DNA from: Candidatus Anstonellales archaeon
Lineage (GTDB): Archaea > Micrarchaeota > Micrarchaeia > Anstonellales > CG1-02-47-40
Direction: 5' to 3'
NCBI GenBank assembly: GCA_038869735.1
Contig: JAWCQO010000003.1
Span: forward strand, 22,353-86,352
DNA length: 64,000 nucleotides
Positions 18,989 through 28,171 of the stretch are shown in pieces (the stretch's first letter is position 1; every line of letters starts with the position of its first letter). The notes under the pieces were generated by a model, which was not told where the DNA came from, did no database searches, and saw nothing but the letters and a program-made list of their open reading frames with translations. A program made the translations under genes and the position numbers.

Positions 18989-21900
18989 ATGTTTCAGTTT
19001 GACGCAATAAAATTGCTAGCTATAATACTATTGACATCATTTTTTCCAGCTCTCCCTCTTACATTTGCCATCCTTAGAAAAACACACTTCCATATAATTG
19101 AAAAGTTGCTCTTTGCCTTTACAATAGGTTTCTGTCTTATACCGCTCCTTTCTTTTTTTGAATTCTTCTTTTTTGGAATCAGTTTCTCAATTTGGCTGAT
19201 TTACACAAACATCCTACTCACATTCCTAGTTGGGCTGTTAGCATGTTGGAAAATAGGTATTTTTTCAGATATAAAAATCAATCCCTCTCTTATTAAAACA
19301 TCAAATGAATTCCGTATTCAGAATGTAGCACCACATTTATTTCCGCATCTTGCTCCAGCTTCAATACTCGTTCTTTCATTTATTGCCTTTTGGATACGGT
19401 TACAATCATACACTCCAATATACCAGGAACTTGATCCCTATTTTTATATGTATGGCGCACGACAAATTATAACTGATGGAGCAGCTCCCCTTTTTGACGA
19501 TACTGCCTGGTATCCTTTTGGAAAGCCAAACCACCGTACGGCCCCTCTTACAAGCTATCTCGAGGCTCAGTGGTATTTGCTTTACACAAATTCGTCGGAA
19601 TATTATAACTACCTTCTATCCGTAGTCTCATCCTTTTATCCACCCATTGTTGCCGGCTTGTTAGTATTTTTTGTCTATCTACTCATATCTCAAGAATATG
19701 GAAGGAGGTATGGCCTTGTTGCTGGCGCTTTATCCGCCTTTTTGCCGGCTACTATAATAAAAATGGCTGCAGGTGTAAATGAGATACAACCTTTCAATTT
19801 CTTTGCAATCTTTTTCCTATTCTCATCTTATTCCCTTGCAATAAAATACAAAGAAAATTGGGTTTACTACCTCCTTACCGCCTTTGCTGTTGTAGTTCTT
19901 CTTTTCGGATCAAATGCAAACCAAATAATGGTTTTGGTAATCCCCTCCTTCACTATTATCTATTCGCTGTTTCTCATTTACAAAAAAGAGAATATATACT
20001 ACTTTATGATTCTTTCACTCCTTTATTCGTTTATTGCCCTTGTGTCGACATTAATGTTTGACTTATATCAACTTGGTAAGATATCTGATATCCCTTACCA
20101 ATACCTCTTTTCTCTTGCAATTTCTGTTTTATTTTGTGCAATCCCCTACTATCTCCAAAACTATGTGAAGGACAAGGAGTTTCGTATATATGTGGTTGGA
20201 GGTATTGTGTTAGTCGCCCTTGTTGGTGTTGCTTTTACTCCACTCTTCTCAAAATTCCTAGAGGCTGGAAGAGGAGCGGTCTCAACAATATCATTTGAAC
20301 AGCCACTAACTCGTACAATACAGGAACAAGGTATTGCTGGCGGTTCATTTGAAGGTGAGGCAGGACTTCTAGCAGCCAACCCTAGAAGCGTTAAGATCCC
20401 CTACCTCTCCTTTCTTGATAATTTTGTTCAGACACTAGTACTCTTATTTGCTGTTCCGTCGACACAAGCTATCAACACGCTCCTTTCAATTTTGGATTTT
20501 GCAGTTGGAGTTGTCTTTGGTTTGCAAACTAAGACCATTCAAAAAGATGTTAGCCTTGGAATGTTCTTTCTTTTTGGTTCTTTCCTTGCAATTCTGTTTG
20601 CATTTGTTAGATCAGTTCAGAGGGGATACAATACACATCGATCAGATTTGTTTGCTCTCTACGCCCTTATAATCTTTCCAATATCCTATGTAGGACTAAA
20701 TAGGACAAAATATACTATCTTCTTTGCATTGATGCTAGTCCTTGCTGCAACTATTTTAATTGCTGAATTTGAAATATTTCTGGGCTATTTAGTAAACCAT
20801 TTTGCTAAACTAAGGAGTTGGCCAGAGGAGAAAAGAAGCAAGGCTCTTAAAACTATTCTCTTTGGCATGTTTTGTTTTGCGTTTTTATTTGCACTCTACA
20901 GTGCTTTTTCACCAACCCCCCTTGCCTCTTCTATATTGCTAGAATCATCAAAGGTCCGATATCAAGACAACCCAATTGCGATTTCATCCAAGTTCCAAGA
21001 GATATGTGGTCGGTTAAAACTGGTTGGTCAGTACGATGAAGAAATATGTAAGGCTGGAGCTTTGGATGAAGCATTTCTCTCTGATATAAACAACCAGTTT
21101 TCTTCACGCCTATGCTTCCTTTCTTTAGTTTCTGACATTTTTAGGGGGCCAACAGAATCAGAAAGATATGCCGCTTCGTTTCGTTGTACTCGCATTTCTC
21201 CTTACTGGATAGAAGTTATGGACTGGATTGAGCATAACGTTTCCGATAGCGATAGAATTACTTCATGGTGGGATTACGGGCACTGGACAAACTTTTTTGG
21301 TAACAAAAAAACCGTCCTTAGAAACGAACACACCTCGCCAAAAATGATTGGAATGATAGCAAGCGCATTCATTGCAGAGTCGCCGGAGGATCTAGCTAAA
21401 AAGATGCAATTCTTTGATTCGCGATACTTGATGTTAGACCAGGAGATAATAAGTGGAGGGGGCTACTCCTTCGGAGGAAAGTTTGGAGCTCTAAATTATC
21501 TTTCGTGCGCAAACCTCAATCAGACCGACGTCTCCCGTTATCCTGGAGAGTCAGACTGTGAATTTGAACATACTTGGGAGTCAGTATACGTCCCTCGAAA
21601 CCCCTCTTGGCAAGAAAAATGCACCATATCCTTCTCCCAGAACATTAGAGGCACAACTGCGTATGTGCCAATTCGCCAGAAAACATCAACCGGTACTCAG
21701 ACGATACTTGCTCCCAGGTATTGCATAGGACAAGCTAAGATGGCTGACGGGTCCATCAATCCACTTGCGACATATAAACTTGACACAAAAACCCAAAGTG
21801 GAGACCTCGTCCTAAACAAGGCCCTACTTTTTCAACCAGTGGAACAAACTGAAAACTTTTACATTTTTCATTCCTTTTATACAAAGGACAATATCTGGCC

Positions 21901-22078
21901 TGGCCAAAACGGAACAGCTGCGAGTGGGTGGGAAGACAGAAAAGGAAAATTCTATGACTCAGTCCTTTATCAAGGCTTCTACTTAAAAGAACTACCGGGT
22001 TTCGAATTAGTCTATGAGACAAAGGAGGGGGAAGTGAAAATTTACAGATTGATAAACTTTACAAGCCCATTTAAGTGA
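18989..22078 (+). CDS. aglB: Oligosaccharyltransferase STT3/AglB, long form
   Basis: ELDPYFY (ExD), TIQE (TIxE), WWDYG at 21266, D..I-like motif, C-terminal ELVYE..EVKIYRL. Confidence 0.93.
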   Translation: MFQFDAIKLLAIILLTSFFPALPLTFAILRKTHFHIIEKLLFAFTIGFCLIPLLSFFEFFFFGISFSIWLIYTNILLTFLVGLLACWKIGIFSDIKINPSLIKTSNEFRIQNVAPHLFPHLAPASILVLSFIAFWIRLQSYTPIYQELDPYFYMYGARQIITDGAAPLFDDTAWYPFGKPNHRTAPLTSYLEAQWYLLYTNSSEYYNYLLSVVSSFYPPIVAGLLVFFVYLLISQEYGRRYGLVAGALSAFLPATIIKMAAGVNEIQPFNFFAIFFLFSSYSLAIKYKENWVYYLLTAFAVVVLLFGSNANQIMVLVIPSFTIIYSLFLIYKKENIYYFMILSLLYSFIALVSTLMFDLYQLGKISDIPYQYLFSLAISVLFCAIPYYLQNYVKDKEFRIYVVGGIVLVALVGVAFTPLFSKFLEAGRGAVSTISFEQPLTRTIQEQGIAGGSFEGEAGLLAANPRSVKIPYLSFLDNFVQTLVLLFAVPSTQAINTLLSILDFAVGVVFGLQTKTIQKDVSLGMFFLFGSFLAILFAFVRSVQRGYNTHRSDLFALYALIIFPISYVGLNRTKYTIFFALMLVLAATILIAEFEIFLGYLVNHFAKLRSWPEEKRSKALKTILFGMFCFAFLFALYSAFSPTPLASSILLESSKVRYQDNPIAISSKFQEICGRLKLVGQYDEEICKAGALDEAFLSDINNQFSSRLCFLSLVSDIFRGPTESERYAASFRCTRISPYWIEVMDWIEHNVSDSDRITSWWDYGHWTNFFGNKKTVLRNEHTSPKMIGMIASAFIAESPEDLAKKMQFFDSRYLMLDQEIISGGGYSFGGKFGALNYLSCANLNQTDVSRYPGESDCEFEHTWESVYVPRNPSWQEKCTISFSQNIRGTTAYVPIRQKTSTGTQTILAPRYCIGQAKMADGSINPLATYKLDTKTQSGDLVLNKALLFQPVEQTENFYIFHSFYTKDNIWPGQNGTAASGWEDRKGKFYDSVLYQGFYLKELPGFELVYETKEGEVKIYRLINFTSPFK

Positions 22079-22114
22079 GTTTATACCTCAAACATATCCG
22101 CGCAGGTAGTCGAG

Positions 22115-23365
22115 GTGAAATTACTACAATATAAAAAACTAAAATTCTTTTTTGATAGTGGGATTACATTTGCTGGGGTAGTAATCCTAACTTTCTTTGC
22201 TTATCTATATCATTTTCTTATGGTTAGATTCTTATCTCCAAGAGATTACGGCGAACTCTCAGTTTTAATCGGAACATTCGCTATAATTACATTTCCAGCA
22301 ACAAGCATACAATCTCTCCTTTCCACTGAAGTCTCCCGTCTTCATTTAAAAAGAGAAGAAGAAAAAATGACGTATTTTATTTTTAAGCATCTTGGACTTT
22401 TTGCGTTTATATGTTCAATACCTTTTTTTCTTTCTCTCATTTTTATTTTTCTATTTAAGGATGCAGCAGTTCCTTATGTTCTAATGCTCCTTGGCACTAT
22501 TATTATCTATCTCATAGCAATTCCCAGTGCTTACTTTCAAGGAACAGAAAACATAGTCATAGCCTCATTTATTCAAGGCTTTATAGCTTTTATAAGATTC
22601 ATAGTATCTGGAATAATGGTAATTCTCGGGTTAGGCTTATTCGGAGCGATTCTTGCCTTTCCGCTGTCCTCATTATTTGTCCTCTCACTTCTGCTTATAC
22701 CATTCATTGGCAAAAAAAGAATCGAGAAGTATAGCATAAACTTTAATTATCGCATAGGTTATGTATTTGTAACGGGCATGCTTTTTACTATCTTTATGTA
22801 TCTTGATTTGTTTGCTACAAAACTTTTTATTGGTGCCGAAGCGGCAGGAATATACAACGCAGCTGCGATAACTGCAAGAATATTATACTTTCTTTCTAGC
22901 GGGCTTGTACTAGTTTTCATGCCAACAAGCTCAAAATTATCAAAAAAGGAACCCCCCGGAAAAAGACATCTCATCCTACTTGGAAAGTCTGCTTTCATGT
23001 TGTTGTTGCCACTCCTATTCTTTCTTGCCGTTCCTTCTCAGATACTTTCTTTTTTCTACACACCGCAGTTTTCATCTCCTCTTGTCTTTTCCATCCTTTC
23101 TATAGGCGCCTTTTTCTTTTCACTATTCTTTCTTTCTATAAACATATTCTGGTCATATGGAGATGAAAAAACGCCCTTCCTTCTATCCCTCCTCGGAGTA
23201 TTCTTACACTTTCTTATCCTATGTTTTTTGGGGTTTTATTATCCTTCTATTGAGAACTTTTCGCTTGCAACGTTGTTGTCCAGCATAACACTATTCTCTC
23301 TTTCTTTTCTCTTTCTCTTTGGATATCCAAAAAGCCTTTTGGGTTATCACACATCAGAATTTTAA
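22115..23365 (+). CDS. Oligosaccharide flippase (Wzx/MOP family)
   Basis: RFLSPRDYGELS, YLDLF..K..G...AG.Y.AA pattern; multi-TM. Confidence 0.85.
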   Translation: MKLLQYKKLKFFFDSGITFAGVVILTFFAYLYHFLMVRFLSPRDYGELSVLIGTFAIITFPATSIQSLLSTEVSRLHLKREEEKMTYFIFKHLGLFAFICSIPFFLSLIFIFLFKDAAVPYVLMLLGTIIIYLIAIPSAYFQGTENIVIASFIQGFIAFIRFIVSGIMVILGLGLFGAILAFPLSSLFVLSLLLIPFIGKKRIEKYSINFNYRIGYVFVTGMLFTIFMYLDLFATKLFIGAEAAGIYNAAAITARILYFLSSGLVLVFMPTSSKLSKKEPPGKRHLILLGKSAFMLLLPLLFFLAVPSQILSFFYTPQFSSPLVFSILSIGAFFFSLFFLSINIFWSYGDEKTPFLLSLLGVFLHFLILCFLGFYYPSIENFSLATLLSSITLFSLSFLFLFGYPKSLLGYHTSEF

Positions 23366-23410
23366 TTTTATCTAGCAAATTCTTTTCATTTGAAATAAGG
23401 CGATTTTTCT

Positions 23411-24406
23411 ATGGAAGTCCTTGTGGTTGGAGCCGGAGAGTGGGGGAGAAATCATATAAGAAACTACCTCAAACTTCCGTCGATTAATGTCACTGTGTGC
23501 GAACCAAATTCCCGCAATGCAGAAATTGCAAAGAAAATGTTTGGAGTTGAGATAATTTCAGATTACACTAAAACCTCGCCTGACGCAGTTTCTATCTGCA
23601 CTCCAGCTTCCACACATTCACAGATAGCTGCTTACTTTCTTTTAAAAGGCATCCCTACTCTAGTTGAAAAGCCGCTTTCTCTGAAATGGATCGAGGCTCA
23701 GAAGCTTGTTGATATTGCAAAAAAACAACACGCTGTTCTGATGGTCGGTCACACTTTTCGTTTTGATGGGGGAATAACTTGGTTAGCAAAGAAGGTCAAA
23801 GAGAATTATTTCGGGAAAGTCGCCTTTGTTTCTCTCTCAAGAATGGGTTTCAAAAACCCTCGCGAAGATTGCGGTGTGATATTTAATTATGCAGTCCATG
23901 ATTTTGATATAATGTGTAATCTATTCTCATCCAGGTTTCCAGATGAGGTTTCAACCATTATGACCCATCCGCTCGGAAGGCAAAACTTTGAAGATTTTGC
24001 AATAGTTTCTGCCGTTTTTGGAGAATCTTTTGCTTATTCACAAGTTAGCTGGCTGACTCCTATTAAGATGCGGGAAATTATTGTAGTGGGTGAGAAAAGA
24101 AGCGCAGTTCTGGATCCCTTAAAATTTGAAGTTGAGGTTTTCGAACAAGGAATCTACCCCGAATACGACAGCTTCGGAAAATATAGATTAATAAAACATG
24201 AAGGAAAAAAATTAACTTTTAAAGTAGATGCAAAAGAACCTCTAAGGTTAGAGCTTGAACATTTTCTTGAGTGTGCTAAAACAAACTCTGAGCCAATAAC
24301 AAACGGTCAACTTGGAGCGGATATAGTGAAAATATGTGAAGCTGCGATTGAAGCCGGAAAGAGAAAAAAATCAATCTTCTTTGATAAAAATGGAGATTGG
24401 AGATGA
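23411..24406 (+). CDS. Gfo/Idh/MocA oxidoreductase (WbpB/WlbA-like sugar 3-dehydrogenase)
   Basis: VVGAGEWG..H, TPASTH, LVEKP, VGHTFRF, AVHDFD, EPL..ELEHF. Confidence 0.85.
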   Translation: MEVLVVGAGEWGRNHIRNYLKLPSINVTVCEPNSRNAEIAKKMFGVEIISDYTKTSPDAVSICTPASTHSQIAAYFLLKGIPTLVEKPLSLKWIEAQKLVDIAKKQHAVLMVGHTFRFDGGITWLAKKVKENYFGKVAFVSLSRMGFKNPREDCGVIFNYAVHDFDIMCNLFSSRFPDEVSTIMTHPLGRQNFEDFAIVSAVFGESFAYSQVSWLTPIKMREIIVVGEKRSAVLDPLKFEVEVFEQGIYPEYDSFGKYRLIKHEGKKLTFKVDAKEPLRLELEHFLECAKTNSEPITNGQLGADIVKICEAAIEAGKRKKSIFFDKNGDWR

Positions 24407-24412
24407 AATAAA

Positions 24413-26170
24413 ATGATTTCAAAAGAAAAGCTTCCAAAAAACGTGAAAGTTGGAAGCGAAGGGTTTATAGATAATAATGTAGTTCTGGGAGTCATGCCTG
24501 CAAATACAAAAGATACACTAACTCTTGAGATAGGTAAAAACTGCTACATACGCTCAGGCACAGTTATATATGCTGGCACAAAAATCGGCGACAACTTTCA
24601 GACAGGCCACGGTGCAACGATTCGTGAACGTTGTCTTATTGGGAATAACGTAAGTATAGGGACAAACGCCGTCGTTGAACGGGATACTATCATAAAAGAT
24701 AATGTGAGGATACATTCAGGCGCGTTCATACCCGAGTATGCTTTTTTAGATGAGGGTGCTTGGATAGGTCCTAACGTCGTACTTACAAATGCTCCATATC
24801 CTACTTCACCTTATGCAAAAAGCCACATGATGGGACCAAAAATTGGGAAATATGCAAAAGTTGGTGCAAACTCTACAATCCTTCCGTACGTTTTTGTAGG
24901 TGAGAATTCAATAGTTGGAGCCGGTTCAGTGGTAGTCTCAGACGTACCTCGAAATTCGGTCGTAGTTGGAAACCCTGCCCGAAAAATAAAAACAGTTCAC
25001 GATTTAAAAATACCAGGAGGTCTTCATGCTTATCCTGAACTACTATCAGCCAATATCTCCTCACCTCCAAAGTTACAGATACCTCGTTCGTATCCATTTA
25101 TAGATGGAGAAGAGCGCAGAGCAGTTCTTGAAGTACTTGCAAGTCGTCAGTTTGTAAAAGGCCAGAAAGTAAGACTTTTGGAAGAGGAGTTTGCAAAGTA
25201 CTGCGGAGTAAAGTATGCTATCGGAGTGAACTCCGGTACTTCTGCTCTTCTTATCTCACTAATGGCAATAGGCATAAAGGGAAAAGAAGTTATTACCCCT
25301 TCCAATTCCTTTCTTGCGTCTGCAAATGCAATTGAACTTGCAGGGGGAAAAGCAGTATTTGTCGAGCCTGATCCAAAGACATTCACTATTGACGTAGAAA
25401 AAATAAGAGAAAAAATAACAGATAAAACAGCAGCGATAATGCCTGTCCACCTCTATGGCCAACCCGCGGACATGGACAAAATAAACTCGCTTGCCAAAGA
25501 ATATTCATTAACGGTGATTGAGGATGCATGTCAGGCTCATGGCGCACTCTATAAGAGAAAGAAGACCGGGAGTTTGGGCGAGGTCGGCTGTTTCTCATTC
25601 TATCCAACAAAAAATATGATGTGTGCAGGTGATGGAGGGATAATAACTACTAACAATGAGGATATTGCAAAGTGTGCAATCATGCTTCGTGATGCAGGAA
25701 GGGAAGGCAATAATCCAGACAATTGTAGTATTTTTGGATTTAACATGCGCCTTGGAGAGATACAGGCAGTCGTTGCCTTAGCCCAGCTAAAAAGGCTTGA
25801 TTCATGGAATGAGAAGAGAAGAACCTTTGCAAAGATTTATACGGAAGAGCTCTCCTCATTAGTTGATACGCCTTATGAGGCCGATTATGCATATCACATC
25901 TATCACCTCTACACCATTAAGACAAAGAAAAGGGACAAATTGAAGAACTTCTTAAAAGAACGCGGTATAGAAACAAGTGTAAGCTACAGTATCCCTCTCC
26001 CCTTAACGGATGCATACGCAAAAAAATACGGATATAGAAAAGGAGATTTTCAGGTCACTGAGAAGCTGTGCAGTGAGATTTTGTCTCTTCCAATGTTCCC
26101 TCAGCTTTCAGAAGAAGAGGTTAGACTTGTCTGTTCGTCAATCAAAGACTTTTTTAGGGATGAGGTATGA
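24413..26170 (+). CDS. Fusion: hexapeptide-repeat N-acetyltransferase (WbpD/WlbB-like, aa ~1-200) + DegT/DnrJ PLP aminotransferase (WbpE/WlbC-like)
   Basis: LbH repeats ending VVVGNPAR; then [30 protein letters not shown] in one uninterrupted ORF. Confidence 0.9.
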   Translation: MISKEKLPKNVKVGSEGFIDNNVVLGVMPANTKDTLTLEIGKNCYIRSGTVIYAGTKIGDNFQTGHGATIRERCLIGNNVSIGTNAVVERDTIIKDNVRIHSGAFIPEYAFLDEGAWIGPNVVLTNAPYPTSPYAKSHMMGPKIGKYAKVGANSTILPYVFVGENSIVGAGSVVVSDVPRNSVVVGNPARKIKTVHDLKIPGGLHAYPELLSANISSPPKLQIPRSYPFIDGEERRAVLEVLASRQFVKGQKVRLLEEEFAKYCGVKYAIGVNSGTSALLISLMAIGIKGKEVITPSNSFLASANAIELAGGKAVFVEPDPKTFTIDVEKIREKITDKTAAIMPVHLYGQPADMDKINSLAKEYSLTVIEDACQAHGALYKRKKTGSLGEVGCFSFYPTKNMMCAGDGGIITTNNEDIAKCAIMLRDAGREGNNPDNCSIFGFNMRLGEIQAVVALAQLKRLDSWNEKRRTFAKIYTEELSSLVDTPYEADYAYHIYHLYTIKTKKRDKLKNFLKERGIETSVSYSIPLPLTDAYAKKYGYRKGDFQVTEKLCSEILSLPMFPQLSEEEVRLVCSSIKDFFRDEV

Positions 26171-27108
26171 AGAAAAAAGAAATTTCAATAATAATTCCTG
26201 CATGCAATGAAGAGTCAAATCTTCCTGTCTTGGTTGAACGCATCGATGAGACATTTAAGAAAAACAACATAAAAGGAGAAGTTATAATAGTCGATGATGG
26301 AAGCACCGACAACACATGGCGCACTCTAGAAGCTCTCAAAAAGCGCTATTCGTATCTCTATCCACTTAAGCACCCCCACAAGTTAGGTATAACCGCTGCT
26401 CTAAATACTGCAACTTCTGCTTCAAAAAACGATATTTTAATTTTCTTACCCGCAGATCTACAATCAGATCCACGGGAGGATGTACCCAAACTTCTTTCAA
26501 AAATGAATGAGGGTAATTATGACATAGTTGTTGGAAGACGAGACGCCTGGAATCGCCCTCTTACAAAGATTATAGAATCAAAAATCTACAGCTTAATCCT
26601 TCGCTTCTTATTTCGTGTCCCCATCAATGACTTTAATTGGGTTCGCGTCTTTAAGCGAGAAACAGCCAAACACCTTCACCTAAGAAAAGACTGGCACAGG
26701 TATTTTGTTGTGATTGCTTCAAAAATGGGTTTTAAAGTGGGTGAAGTAGGCGTGAACGAATATCCGCGAATCTCTGGAAAATCAAAATTTAATTTTTTGA
26801 GAGTTATCACCGGCTTCTTAGATCTTCTTGTAATATGGTTCTACTTACACTTTACCAAGAAACCAATGTTATTTTTCGGAACAATAGGCATTCTCAGTTT
26901 TGCAATAGGTTCTGTTCTTGGCCTTCTACTAATCTATCTCTATCTAATTGGAAGCCAAGAAGTTACAACGCGACCTATCCTATTCCTACTAACAATACTC
27001 ATACTTGGCGGTATCCAGTCCTTCATTTTTGGTTTTCTTGCAGAATTGCATGCAACTACCCAAGACGAGATACACTCACTCTTTGAGCAACTTCGAAAAA
27101 AGGGCTGA
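26167..27108 (+). CDS. GT2 polyprenol-phosphate glycosyltransferase (DPM1/ArnC/GtrB-like) with two C-terminal TMs
   Basis: SIIIPACNEE, VDDGSTD, ADLQ.DP, HRY, R..G.SKF; C-terminal TM pair. Confidence 0.88.
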   Translation: MKKKEISIIIPACNEESNLPVLVERIDETFKKNNIKGEVIIVDDGSTDNTWRTLEALKKRYSYLYPLKHPHKLGITAALNTATSASKNDILIFLPADLQSDPREDVPKLLSKMNEGNYDIVVGRRDAWNRPLTKIIESKIYSLILRFLFRVPINDFNWVRVFKRETAKHLHLRKDWHRYFVVIASKMGFKVGEVGVNEYPRISGKSKFNFLRVITGFLDLLVIWFYLHFTKKPMLFFGTIGILSFAIGSVLGLLLIYLYLIGSQEVTTRPILFLLTILILGGIQSFIFGFLAELHATTQDEIHSLFEQLRKKG

Positions 27109-27113
27109 TTTTC

Positions 27114-28166
27114 TTGAAGGTTGCAACTTTTATAGGCACCAGACCAAACATAAGCAAAGAATTTGCAATGCATCGAGCATTTTCAAAATTAGGAATAGAG
27201 GAAGTTTTAGTCCACACAGGTCAGCATTACGATTACGAAATGTCGGGCATCTTTTTTAAGGAGTTTGAGCTTCCAACGCCTTCATATCACTTAGGGGTTC
27301 GAAAGGGTAGCGAATGCGAACAGATGTCAAAAATAATAAAAACATCAGAAAAGGTTTTAACCAAAGAAAAACCCGACATGGCGGTAGTTTATGGAGATGT
27401 AACCTCAACATCAGCGCCGGCAATATCTGCCGTAAAGTGCAGGATACCAGTAGCTCACATAGAAGCAGGCATCAGAGACAGAAACTTATATAATTCTGAA
27501 GAATCAAATCGACGCATTGCAGACACGCTATCCGACCTTCTTTTTCCTCCTACAAAGGAAGCATATCAAAACCTTGTAAATGAAGGCTTTTCAGAAGAGC
27601 GAATTAAAAATTGCGGTGACGTTATGCTCGACTGCATGAATCTCATTCTAAAAAAAATGAATATTAAACCAAAAAGAGGAGATTATATCCTCTCAACTAT
27701 CCATAGACAAGAAAATGCAGACAATATGCAACGCCTTTCTGAAATTTTTGAAGCTTTCTCTGAATGCGGACAAAAAGTAATAATACCACTTCATCCAAGA
27801 ACACGAAAAAATCTAAAGCGCTTTGGGCTTTTGAATCATATCCAAAACTCTGAAAATATAGAAGTACTCCCTCCTCTTGGTTATTTTGAATTTGTTTCAC
27901 TTCTCGCAGGGGCAGATAAAGTTGTAACTGATTCGGGGGGTGTAAGAAGAGAAGCTTATTTTCTCCACAAACCAGTCATTGTGCCTATCAACATAGTCTG
28001 GTTTCCTGAGCTAGTAGAAGCTGGCTGGATGAAAGTAGCAATTACTAAAAAAGAAATTTTAGATGCACTAACTTCGTTTGAGCTCCCATCTGCTCACCCA
28101 GAACTTTTTGGTGATGGTCACGCTGCCGAAAAAATTGCAAATGAAATTTTAAATTTCGAAGGTTGA
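27114..28166 (+). CDS. wecB: UDP-N-acetylhexosamine 2-epimerase, non-hydrolysing (WecB/WbpI-like)
   Basis: GTRPN, HTGQHYD, VYGD, HIEAG.R, TIHRQEN, TDSGG. Confidence 0.88.
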   Translation: MKVATFIGTRPNISKEFAMHRAFSKLGIEEVLVHTGQHYDYEMSGIFFKEFELPTPSYHLGVRKGSECEQMSKIIKTSEKVLTKEKPDMAVVYGDVTSTSAPAISAVKCRIPVAHIEAGIRDRNLYNSEESNRRIADTLSDLLFPPTKEAYQNLVNEGFSEERIKNCGDVMLDCMNLILKKMNIKPKRGDYILSTIHRQENADNMQRLSEIFEAFSECGQKVIIPLHPRTRKNLKRFGLLNHIQNSENIEVLPPLGYFEFVSLLAGADKVVTDSGGVRREAYFLHKPVIVPINIVWFPELVEAGWMKVAITKKEILDALTSFELPSAHPELFGDGHAAEKIANEILNFEG

Positions 28167-28171
28167 TATCA

